Assembly (NCBI RefSeq): GCF_003918875.1
Contig: NW_025767679.1
Location: forward strand, 620,001-684,000
Direction: 5' to 3'
Length of the DNA: 64,000 bases
DNA from: Haliotis rubra
Taxonomy: Eukaryota
A program made the translations under genes and the position numbers. How positions within the stretch are numbered: the stretch's first letter is position 1; each line of letters starts with the position of its first letter. The notes under the pieces were generated by a model that made no database searches, had not been told where the DNA came from, and worked only from the letters and a program-made list of their open reading frames with translations. This document shows, in pieces, positions 1-11,727 of the stretch.

Positions 1-2807
1 ATGTCTGAATGCTGATGTTAGTGAAGTTATTTTTCCCCCATTAATTATAACTTGTATCTTTCAAAGATAGAGATATTTGTGAATACATATTTCATTTTCC
101 TTGAATAGATATTGATGCTTGGACATCCAGTGCAAAATTCTCCCCTGTTGTGTGGCATAAGGGTGGGCATGTTTGAGTTTGGCGACAACTCTTGCTTATT
201 TATAGGAAAATTCTCACATGATATGCCTTGATTATGTGCATTCATATGTGATATAAGGTAAGATAAGCAATCTTTATTGTCCTGCAAGGGAAATTTGCTA
301 ATTTGCATTAATTTTTAAAATATAACAAAGTATAAATGGTATTTATATTGGATCTTTAATATGAGAAACGATAAGAAAGACTGCAAGTTGCCAAGTTCTT
401 GTGTTGAAATAGAACCTCTCAATTTACCTCAGTTATTTTATCTATGCACTGGTACGCAAGCTAAGATTTGACATCTTTGTGTGTACGCACGTAAGGTCAA
501 ACTTATTGAGTATTTACAAAACTTCAAGCGCTACTTGGACTTAATGAGAATTAAGTTTTCACATAAATATTTGCGTAATTTACGCAGATACACAGCTTAT
601 CTGTACCTCTGGAATAATTTTAAGATATTAGTGTCTACATTAAATTATCGCAATTTTCGCAGAAAGAAAAGCCTCTGTTGTGCTTTCCTATGTACAGAAT
701 GTGAATTTGATTTCCATGAATGTTTATTATCAATGATAGTACCCAGATATTTATACTCTTCTACTGTTTCTACTTACATAGTATGATACACATAGAATTA
801 TATATTTGTGCCAAGGGGGCATGATATATATATATAGGAGATTGTGAGTCATATACAGTATACTGCAGTCATTACCAACTCTATTCTTAGTTTATTATAA
901 GCTCTAACACAGATAACAGGCAGTTGTCAGGACCAAAAACTAGTGTTATCTGTCAGTTCTTTTATGAGTATTTCTTACAAATGTATTGTAATTTGTATTG
1001 TAAATAAAATTAAAAATATATGAATAATCTGTCAGTCTAAACATTATATTTCTCTGTTTTCTTTTCCATATGTAGACTTATTGTATATGTATGAGTGTGA
1101 AGCGGATGTCAGATAGTCACAAATCTTCTCTTTTCACCCATTGACAGACATTTTTCAAAAATAAAGATGTCTGCTCTGTATCATGTTCAGACAAACAAGT
1201 TCCTGTGCCCCAGAAACCCTGACAAGATTGTATGTGTCATAAAATATCTATGTCCACGGTTAACGCCATCGATTGTTGTTCATCGCTGACAGGTGATGAT
1301 ACCCATGGTGGCCAGGTACAGGAGTCAGTATGGCAGACTGTGTTCGCCACCAGCCAAGTGGAACACATTTCCTTGTCATGGTGATACATATTGATAGGTG
1401 GTCAATTGTGTGGTCATGCTCAAATGCTCCTCAGTAGCCTCTTCGTCACACATTCCAGATCTGGGCATGTTTGCTCCGCATTAGTCAATTTCCACACTGT
1501 CACGACAATTTTCTGCCATAACATGCTCACACAGGTGTCCATTGTGACTGAAATGAGTCTCTTTTGGAGTGACCTTGGAAACTGACGATATGTGTCGGAT
1601 CTATATTGTAGCGTTCAATACATGAGGACACAGGATTAAGACATGTTTGTATATGGCATGGTGATAATTTGGAAATGTACAGGTTGTAATGGCCACAGCA
1701 AGTAGGAGTGTGCACTCGACTTAATGGAACGTTCTGGGCCATTCAGGAGGATTTTAGACCTCAGTTCTCAAGAAGGCTTCAGAAAAGGATTGACCATGCC
1801 ATGTTTTGTCCAGCTGTTATGGCTGCTCATAGCCAGGACCATGAATGAGCTCAGAGCAGTTGAAGTATGTGTAGCAGTTGTTAGATGTGAGGGCTAAGGG
1901 AGATTAAATTCATTAGAATCCTAATCGTGATCCTTCCAGGACATGGTAAGCTGTGCAGTTTCCTATGCTTGCCACAAGAGATGACTAATAATGATTGGAT
2001 GGTTATATTGTGTGGAAAGTGTGACCATCATCTTATGTTGACAACATCATTCATAGTTAATATTGTGTCCTCTAGGTGGAGTATTTGCAGGCAGCCATGA
2101 TAGCATTTACTTACAGGTAATACTGGTGTCACTCAGTACAGTTGTTTTTCATATCTATGCTGAAAAACTTGTCTGATGTTCATCATCATGTTCATTCTTA
2201 CATTTGAATCTTCTGCATGGGACTAAAATGGATGCAAATTTCAATCTAAATTTCGGTTTGTCTACTATAACAGATTCAGTGGTCCCCAAATCCTGAAATT
2301 ACTTCTTTGACAAAATATATCATGGAGACTGAATTAAATTACTTCACATTAATAGAGACAGAAATAACTGTACATTTGCTAGACAATTTACTTGACTGCT
2401 AGTTGTTTTATATCAAAGTGGAATTTATTGACTATGTCAGTGAACATTTCAAAATCTTCTTGCAACCCTCCTAAGATTAGGTTACTCAAAATATTATACA
2501 CATATACATGCAATACATGTGGTTTAGAAACTCACCTGTTTTATCTTTGTTAATCTAAGTTACTACACAAACACTTAGTCTTTGAAAATGAAAATTTTGA
2601 TAGCAACAAATAACTCAATCTTAATTGAGCTCATGTTTTCAGAATCCTGAAGCTTTTGAAATCTAGACTTGCTTTACTTAGTACTTTAAGCCTGAAGGGA
2701 AACTATTGTGGCTGAGGAACTGTGAGACAGACTGCTACAGACTAACCTCAGCATTTTGGTTGTAGTGAAGTGTTAATTTACTATTGATGCTCTATGATAC
2801 AGTTGGG

Positions 2808-3155
2808 TGAGGTGAGGTGAAATTGGGTTTAACGTCGTGCTTGAGAATATTTCGCTCATATGACGATGTGCATGCGTGTGTATGTGTATGTGCGGCTGCT
2901 TGTACTAGCCCAGACTTAAGCTGGTTTTATAGTGCTAGCCCACTGAGATACCAATCCGCAGTAAAGCATGAATTCCCCACTCAGACACATTATACTGACT
3001 CCGAGCCGACCAGTCCTTGTTGTACCCATTAATGCTGAGCGCCAGGCAGGGATCAACAAGTACCATATTTTAATGTCTTTTGGTATGATGTGGTCGGACC
3101 CGCGACCTTCCACTCTCCGGGCGGCCGCTCTAACCACTACACCACGGAGGCGGTC
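2808..3155 (-). mobile_element. tRNA-derived SINE (family C) with Meta/MESC-like central domain, full length
   Basis: Minus strand starts GACCGCCTCCGTGGTGTAGTGGTTAGAGCG (A-box-like). Central part reads CATACCAAAAGACATTAAAATATGGTAC...TGCCTGGCGCTCAGCATTAA and the tail is (TCACC)n. Perfect 12-bp TSD GATACAGTTGGG at 2796-2807 and 3156-3167. The domain name is from recall of mollusc SINEs. Confidence 0.85.
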
Positions 3156-3376
3156 GATACAGTTGGGACATTAAGGCATCATGGATACATCAATATCATG
3201 ATGTATAATTACATCCCTTGAGCTTGATAACAGTAAAGAATATTTATTCATTATTCAACGTACATGTGATGGATGAAGTAAAGGAAGATGAAAGATTTAA
3301 CAGATTTAACATAGGAAACACGAGTAGGACCTGACTTGTCCACAGCTAATTCAGACTTGTTGTTATTGTAAGTAAA

Positions 3377-3562
3377 GTGAGTGAGCGAGTTTAGTTTTTT
3401 ACACCACACTCAGCAATATTCCAGCTATATGAAGGCAGTCTGAAAATAATCAAGTCTGGACCAGACAATCCAGTGATCAACAACATGAGCATCAATCTAC
3501 GCAACTGGGATAGGATGACATGTGTCAACCAAGTCATCAATCCTGACCACCCAGTCCCTTTA
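3377..3562 (-). mobile_element. SINE-like retroposon family B, 5'-truncated copy
   Basis: Reverse complement of the 3' ~185 nt of the copy at 3582-3828, including the GCTGGAATATTGCTGAGTG and (ACTC)n tail. Confidence 0.85.
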
Positions 3563-3581
3563 GGCATTCTTCTTTCTATCC

Positions 3582-3828
3582 AACCCATGAAGGTCCGGGT
3601 TAGAATGAATCTTCAGTAACCCATGCTTGTCGTAAGAGGTGACAAACGGGATAGGGTGGTCAGGCTCGCTAGCTTGTTTGACACATGTCATCGGTTCCCA
3701 ATTGCGCAGATCGATGCTCATGCTGTTGATCACTGGATTGTCTGGTCCAGACTCGATTATTTACAGACCACCGCCATATAGCTGGAATATTGCTGAGTGC
3801 AGCGTAAAACTAAACTCACTCACTCACA
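3582..3828 (+). mobile_element. SINE-like retroposon family B (no tRNA head), TSD-bounded copy
   Basis: 11-bp TSD TCTTTCTATCC at 3571-3581 and 3829-3839, (ACTC)n tail, and several homologous copies in the window. Confidence 0.9.
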
Positions 3829-4012
3829 TCTTTCTATCCGCCTTGTATGTAATATGGGAGGATATAATAATCAGTCTTTCTGCTCGACCATAATGAAAAT
3901 ATTTTATTGTCCAGATCATATCTCTAAAACTAATAGATATTCATTCTTTCATGAAAATTTGGAGGTAGTTTGTCATCTTCTGTGATACTTGTTTAATAGT
4001 AAATATATTATC

Positions 4013-4240
4013 TATCCGGATTAGAATTTGTCTCAGCAACCCATACTTGTTGTAAGAGGCGAATCACAGGATCGGGTGGTCAGGTTCGCTGAGACATTTC
4101 ATCATATCCCAGTTGCATAGATCAGTGCTCATGCTGTTGATCACTGGATTGTCTGGTCCAGAATTGATTATTTACAGAATGCCATTATATTGCAGGAAAG
4201 TTGTGGAATTTTTAACAACAAATAAACAATAAAACAAACG
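4013..4240 (+). mobile_element. SINE-like family B, diverged copy
   Basis: Aligns to 3590-3800 (GTAAGAGGCGA...GGATCGGGTGGTCAGG...GATCACTGGATTGTCTGGTCCAGA) and has a CAAA-rich tail. Confidence 0.8.
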
Positions 4241-7159
4241 GTATTATCTCAAACATCAAAGTCTTTGTGGATATCTCTGTATCGGTATGACATGTAATGT
4301 ACACAAAAAGACAATGCACTTACATATAATTTTTATGTTGTGTTCATGTATATCCGCTGAGAAATGTTACAAGAACATTTTCTTTAATCACACCTGTAGG
4401 AAAAGCAATGACTATGATTTCAGAATTAGCTCCCAAGCTTGATAGGATATGTCCACACACAAGGATTCTCAAGGAGATGAGCTGACTGTAATAGCTCGTA
4501 CCATATAAGTATGTCCTGTGTGAGTGACATAGACTGACCACTGGATAACCCTTCACCTGTCAAGGAGGCACCTCACCTGAGTTGTCCACCTGAACACCAC
4601 CAGCTAGCCAGTCGCAACACACCTTGCCAGCACAGTGTTGCATAGTTAGGGGCTAAACTAGGCCTGTCTCTGTCTCCCATCAGCATTTCATTGTCAGGTC
4701 AGGTCACATCGGCAGTTCTTGTGTTACCGGCCATATTGTTTACTTGTCTGAAATTGGGAATTTGTCATAGAATTAGTCTTTTGAAAATGAAATGGAATTG
4801 ATATTTGTGAGGCAGTAATGCATAGTTTCAGAATTTTAGAGTTTGTATAATATCTAGCTTTCTCTATATACATTTTTACTAAAACAGATGTACTGGTAGG
4901 TAATTTTGGAAAGATTTCTTAATTTTAGCAGTTTTGGTTACATATGTTTACAAAGGGTACATTAATATCATTGTCAGATTTCTTTTCAAGTAACATGTTT
5001 TATGTAAAAATATAACAATTATATTTTTGTTTTGTTTGTGTCACATGAAGAGGGTTAATTTTCTTCAGATTGTATACATCACACCTGAAGAGAGTAACTT
5101 GATCAGAAAATTTACTTAAACATTTGATCCTGTTAAAAACAAAGAAATAATTATGATTGAAAAGATTCTGACAACATCTAATTTTGGGACTGCTATTGGG
5201 ACTGACATAGTTTAGTGAAAGAAAGTTTCCTGTCAGTGTAGCTAAAACGAACTAACGGTAATCATGCATAAATACCACAGACTCCCAAAATTACTCAGAG
5301 ACATCCAAGCCATTAGCAACAATGTCCTTTATTGACAGTTAGCAACAGATCAGGAAACATGGTCACTCATGTAGTTCAAAATAGTTTTTGGTTGGTGTGT
5401 TTCACTTCAGTACATCAAACACCATGAATATTAAAGAGTGCCTTGTTTTTATTTTTTTATTTCTATCATGCCTTATAAGCTGAGATAAATGATAATGATT
5501 GAAAATTGTTTCTTCAGCATGTATTGAAAAGTTGTAGAGAAAATAGGTTTGGGATTATATTATTTAGATCGTGTGCTTAGTCTTCACTTTCTTGCAACAA
5601 AAATGTGCCCCAAAAATATTCATGATCCCTAAATATTTATGTTCAATATGAATTGGAAGTGATTTTTGGATATCATGACTTCCTACATTCGCTACATTAA
5701 GTATTTGACAGTACAAGGTTGTGTTGGATACGAATAGTACACCTGATTCAGGTTTTGTTAAGCAGAGCTGACTTCAGATCATGATTTTCTAAAGTCTTTT
5801 GGCACTTCTATTTTGTTCCTTCTTTCTTTGTTTTCCCTCTTTCCTTGTCTTCCTTTTTTTGTGTAAACATGCAAGTTCCTTTGTCCACAAACCCTGGATG
5901 CTACTTCTCAGTTTCCATTTCACTGTCATACTTAATTTGTAAATTAAAAAACATGAATGTTTCTGCCTGTACTTATTCAAGTCAATGAAGATGGGAATCT
6001 TTTTGTAATTTTACCATCAGCTGAAGAAAACACCCATTGATTGTAATGAAACTCAGTAAGACATTATATCTAAATCAAGGTCTCCTTACTTCAAGACAGT
6101 TTTCTCTGGAAAAGGAAACAAATGAGAAACATCCAATTCAAAATTGTGCCTTAACCACCAAGTAATGCTCATTAAATCATAAAGCTTAAAACATCCCCTA
6201 ATTCCAGTCCTGGACTCTTTCAAGTGCCGGCATTAACCATTGAAAGAAGTTCATCCCCCTTTCCCTGGTCATTGGCATGTCAAAATGAATTGACCAGTAG
6301 TATCCCACGTGGTGTTGTGTTTCGGAGAGGCATGCTCAAGGCCTTGAGGGACCTCAATAGGGGTCAGTCTGACTCAATAGGGCCAGAGTGACCCCACTCC
6401 TTCCATCTGCGGACAGCGGAAATAGTGGCTGGAGTTTTCTGGAAGGACAATGAGTTTTTTGGCCATGTCATTGTTGTTGAAATTATAGAATAGTGCATGT
6501 CCAGCTGCTAAGATGATGGTGAAAGTTTCTGATTGGTCAATGTCGGACTTGGTCAGAAATCGAAGGAAATTGTGTCCTGATGTCTGGTTTCATGGTTGCC
6601 ATATTTGGTTATGATTCCTGACAGTGTTAAATTGGGTCAGTTAAAGATTAGTTCAATGAGTTGGTGTCATGGGAAGAAAGTGTGTGAAATATATTTTTAG
6701 GAAGCAAGTTTTGAAAACTGTCAGATATTTCTCTCTTGTTTTAGTTGGAAGATGTAATCTGGCAACTTTAAAAGATTTTTGTTGTATGTTTAGTATTTGT
6801 TCAAATATGTCTTTTGTGTTCATTCCATCATTGTGTTAAGAGTTATAAGTTTTTAACTTTGTTTGAACAGTTGTTGTATATGTTTATATTAGGAAAAATT
6901 AGAACCAATTTTGTGTAAAATGCCTTATTTTATAATCAGGGAAGACAAGTAAACCCTCAATTAGGTTACATAATTTTGCATCAACTATCATTATCCTCAT
7001 AGTGGGACTAGTAACCATTTCTTCAGACAGCTTACCAGGTTTTAATCTGTTTCTGAATAAACAATACCAGATAAGAAAAACAAGGCATCAATAGCTATCA
7101 CTGGTACAATGTTGGGTCATTTTATTGCCTTGTTGGTATCTAATGCTTCATTCTAATAG

Positions 7160-7285
7160 GCGCTAGCCGCTACACCCCATTCAATGATTCACAGTTGGGG
7201 TTTACCATTCAAATGGAGAGCCAGCGAACCAGTCTTGCCTCAAGCCATCTGGGCAGATCGGAGGTCAGTGACGTAGCGTGGGTTA
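7160..7285 (+). ncRNA. Candidate structured intronic RNA element immediately upstream of a 3' splice site
   Basis: Closing helix CGCTAC 7168-7173/GTAGCG 7273-7278 encloses three hairpins. Six CpGs are retained in a CpG-poor background. Confidence 0.55.
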
Positions 7286-7310
7286 TGTAACTTTTTTCCT
7301 TGCTTCACAG

Positions 7311-7388
7311 GCCCAGGCCATCAGCCATTGCTGATCAGGGACGCTTGGCTTGAAGCTTGTTCATGGGAAAGGACTTAAAAGATTTCTG
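7311..7388 (+). other. Candidate 78-nt cassette exon (poison or start-codon-containing)
   Basis: TAAC branch-like motif at 7288-7291, pyrimidine tract CTTTTTTCCTTGCTTCACAG|G and donor CTG|GTGAGT. All three frames contain a stop, but an internal ATG (MGKDLKDF) is open to the donor. Confidence 0.5.
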
Positions 7389-10300
7389 GTGAGTTGTCTT
7401 TTGATGGTTTTTCATTCTTATTTTTGTATAAAGTTGTGAAATGTTTGTTTGAAAGTCGTAGATAAGAGTTTGTTGAACAGGAATTTGTGTTTGATACTTG
7501 ATTTGAAGTTTCAGTTTGGCTGGTTTTGCAGAGAAGGTAAGGGGGTTCGACAGGAGTTGCCCTCCCATCCACAACTGTGTATGTGTTTGATTGGAGTGTT
7601 GATGTATAAAGAATGCAAAGAAATGCAGTTTGATGCACAATGTATTTAGACAGAAGTCGTTGTTATTTACATGACAAATTCTTTCCTTACTGCAGCCATC
7701 TTAGAATATTTATCATCTTGGACAAGGAGTGAAACAAACACTCTTGTCTGAATGACCTGACATTGCAGATAATAAGAAATACTCATTTCATTTTGTCAAG
7801 GTTAGTTAAACATATATTTGCTCTGCATGATATGTTATAACCTATATTGCCAATATCATTATTGCGATGTTAATTATTGAAATATTGATTATCTTATTAA
7901 GAATGACTGTATGATGTTTGTGGGATATTAATTATTGAAATCTTGATCATTTGAAAATTGAGAATTAATTTACGTTAGTTCCATATTAGTTGTTGAAATC
8001 TTAATCACTTAAAATTAGGAATGATTTTATGAGCCTTAAAAGTATAATAATATAAAATATAATTCTTCCAGATCTGAGGTTTTGTACTGTATTCAATTCA
8101 AAATAACTTTACAATTCAGCAAGGATGAATTATTGGATTAATGATAAACAGAGTTAGTTTCAGATTGATTATGGAAAGTGCAGATTATGGAAAGTGCAGC
8201 ATATTTGATATCAGCAGGAAAATATATTAAAACCCAAAACATTAAAATCTGAAAATAATGAATGTTATTTTTGTAGCAGTGAGAATATTGCTTAGGGATT
8301 ACCTTTAGATATGCTTGTAACTGTTTTGTTTTCTAAAAAAGCATTTTTGTGATTTGTTTATCCCACAATGTATTCTCACATGGGTTATGCTTTCGGTTAA
8401 GCTTAGCTATTGGCTCAATGTTCAATACAACTCACGGCCTTGATTAAACAGCAGGTGTAATGGAAGTGCGTGGGTTTTATTCAGTCTCCAGTAGTTCTCT
8501 GCAAGTGTCCATCTTGACCGCTTGTTAACACCATTACCTTTCAGAATTGAAAGATGCAGCTATGTGTTTCTAATGCACACAATAGATGTAAACAAATGTA
8601 CCTGACTGAACAAAGTAAAATGAATGTGGCTCACTGTCAGGGATGTGTGTAAACAGACAACATTGTCATACATTTCAATTAGCAAGTTTGTCAGATATTG
8701 ATGTCATTGATTTAGTGTTGAACTTGAGGATTAGTTTTGGGTGTTGTACGTATTGTGTGAACAAATAGTTCTTGCCTTCAAAGGTTCTGTAATAAATTAT
8801 TTCGAAATCTTTTCTACTTTCATGTTCAAAAGATTTAGTTGTACTGACAGTAAATATTTGGAATTCTTCTTAAGCAACAATAGGTTTCAAAATTTTTTTA
8901 CCTTTTTAATAATGATATTAGTGAAAATATTGTGCATTTTATTCAGTGAATGATCTTTGAATTTGTTGTCTTGATATCTGAATTTTCTTTTCCTTGGAAT
9001 TTGAGCATGGTCTTACCCCAAAAGCGACACACATAAACATTTCCAGGTGCTAGACAGTTGGGGATGTTATTGACGTCTTCTCAAGATTGACAGCAATCAA
9101 ACATGATGAATCCTGTCAACTGCCAAGGCCGCAGAGACATCCTGTGAAGCTCACCAGCTGACCACAATTGGACATTATTACAAAACACAAGGAGCTGCAT
9201 GGACACTGGGAGAACAATATGGCCATCTTATGATGGGCTGTCCTCAGGATAGTGTTGGTGACAAGAGTGTACTTGTATGGATCTTCCCTTGAGCGGATCA
9301 CTGGCTGAGGATTGTCTTTGATATTGACTGACTTGGAGTATATGCAGTTGTTGCTGTGGAGGTTTTCATGGTGTGAAAGAGTTGCCATCAAGTTGATTAT
9401 AGATGCTAGGAGAGGGTTTTGAAGTGTGGAATGGGGATAGAGAGTCTTGATTAATCGTGGCTCCTGGTTGTATATTTCACATTATTTTAACGATTTCCTA
9501 TTATATTTGTTGTTTGTCAAAGGTTCATGTTAAAGTGCAGGGAGTTATTATATGAAGACTTTCTACTTTGATATCGAGAAAGATCATTACCTTTTGTATT
9601 TGAAGATTGAACACTTAAAACTGTACATTAGAATTGAAATGTGTCAACTGTATGATGTATCATAAGAGCAATGGATTAACACTCAATATTAATTTTGAAT
9701 TTAAATAGACTATGAAACAGGTGTAAAGACAGCAAGGTCTTTTTGTAAAAGTTTTTGAATAGTTTTTGACTTCTGTATCATTTCAAAATCTTCTTGCAAC
9801 ATAAAATACTATTGTTTTTTAAGCATTTGACAATTTGAGCATGTTGAATATATCTCTTTTCCTGAATGAAAAACTCAACCCTACCAGTCCTAAAAGACGA
9901 ATTTGGAATAACTCAAACGTATCTGGTATTTGGTAGAGACTGCTCCCTGTTTCAGCATTTGCTTTGATCTTGGTAGTACATAAGGACACGGATTTCAGTG
10001 AAAGTCAAAGATTTAGTCAGTCATGACATTCAGGTGAAAGTTGTGTTTTGAACCTCAAGGCATAGATTTGGAGGGAGACATGACACATGGTGAAGGCCTC
10101 AGGATGTGCAAGGCTTCTTGTGTCATTGCTGTTATTGGCAGAACCATCTCTGGTTTCTGTGGCCACTCATCATGATTTATGTTTTGGGGCTTCTGCCTGA
10201 ACTGCCTTGAGTTCAGAAACTTCCTGAAGACAGTGCATTGGGTTTGGGGAAGCAGATTGGATAATGATTATCTGTAAATAGCACCATAACCATGAAGCAC

Positions 10301-10727
10301 ACTTTCTGCCTGTGATGTAACTGACAATACCTGGGGATCATTATAGACTGGATGGGCGGGACACCCTCACCTTTAATCAACACCAGGTGTCATGACGATG
10401 AGTGATTCATGTACACATGCTCACGATAAAGTCTGTATGGATCAAGTGACTAATTTAACAGAGATTTCTTATGAATATTGAGAGGATTTTATGCTTTTGT
10501 TGTTGACCACAAATGTGATGAAGTTTGAATACCTGATGTAAACATATGATTTGGAGGTCTGTTCATGATATTATGGAAAAATATGCATGGCATCGTGTGG
10601 ATGTTGCTGAAGTGCAAAGAGAAAGTTAAATCAGTCGGTGCTAGAGTTTGTGAAAAGCATGCTTCAGTGAATAATTAACATGATACAACCTGATCTCACT
10701 TCCTGTCATTTTCTTTTCTCAAATACC

Positions 10728-11727
10728 AAACTGGACATGTTGGAAGTCTAACATATGACTGTCTTATATCAAGAGCTATGCCAAGCATGTTTGAAGTCCT
10801 ACACTTGATTGTCTTACACAAGGACCAACCGTGAACATGTTGGAAATCTAACAGTTGATTGTCTTACACAATTGCTAGGCTGAACATGTTTGAAATTTGA
10901 CAGCTGATTGTCTTATACAAGGAGCTAAACTGAACATGTTGGAAGTCTAGCAGTTGATTGTCTTATACAAGGAGCTAAACTGAACATGTTGGAAGTCTAG
11001 CAGTTGATTGTCTTATACAAGGAGCTAAACTGAACATGTTGGAAATCTAACAGTTGATTGTCTTATACAAGGAGCTAAACTGAACATGTTGGAAGTCTTA
11101 ACAGTTGATTGTCTTATACAAGGAGCTAAACTGAACATGTTGGAAGTCTAACAGTTGATTGTCTATACATGGAGCTACACTGAACATGTTGGAAATCTAA
11201 CAGTTGATTGTCTTATACAAGGAGCTAAACTGAACATGTTGGAAATCTAACAGTTGATTGTCTTATACAAGGAGCTAAACTGAACATGTTTGGACAGTGA
11301 TTGTCTTACAACAGCTAAACTGAACATGTTGGAATACAAGGATTGTCTAAATGGAGCTACACTGAAAATGTTGGAACATGTATACAAGGAGCTAAACTGA
11401 ACATGTTGGAAGTCTAACAGTTGATTGTCTATACATGGAGCTACACTGAACATGTTGGAAATCTAACAGTTGATTGTCTTATACAAGGAGCTACATTGAA
11501 CCTCAAGGCATAGATTTGGAGGGAGACATGACACATGGTGAAGGCCTCAGGATGTGCAAGGCTTCTTGTGTCATTGCTGTTATTGGCAGAACCATCTCTG
11601 GTTTCTGTGGCCACTCATCATGATGTATGTTGTGGGGCTTCTGTTTGAAATCTAACAGTTGATTGTCTTATACAAGGAGCTACACTGAACATGTTTGAAA
11701 TCTGACAGTTGATTGTCTTCCACAAGG
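10728..11727. repeat. 50-bp minisatellite, interrupted at 11496-11643
   Basis: Unit GGAGCTAAACTGAACATGTTGGAAGTCTAACAGTTGATTGTCTTATACAA in tandem, degenerate at the edges. Confidence 0.95.
11496..11643 (+). repeat. Direct duplicate of 10048-10195 inserted in the minisatellite
   Basis: About 148 nt near-identical (2 mismatches seen), from TTGAACCTCAAGG to GGGGCTTCTG. Confidence 0.95.

Noticed and set aside
5055-5115. Hammerhead-like CTGAAGA...GAAA
   Set aside because: Stems I and II cannot be formed convincingly; at most a decayed Penelope-type remnant.
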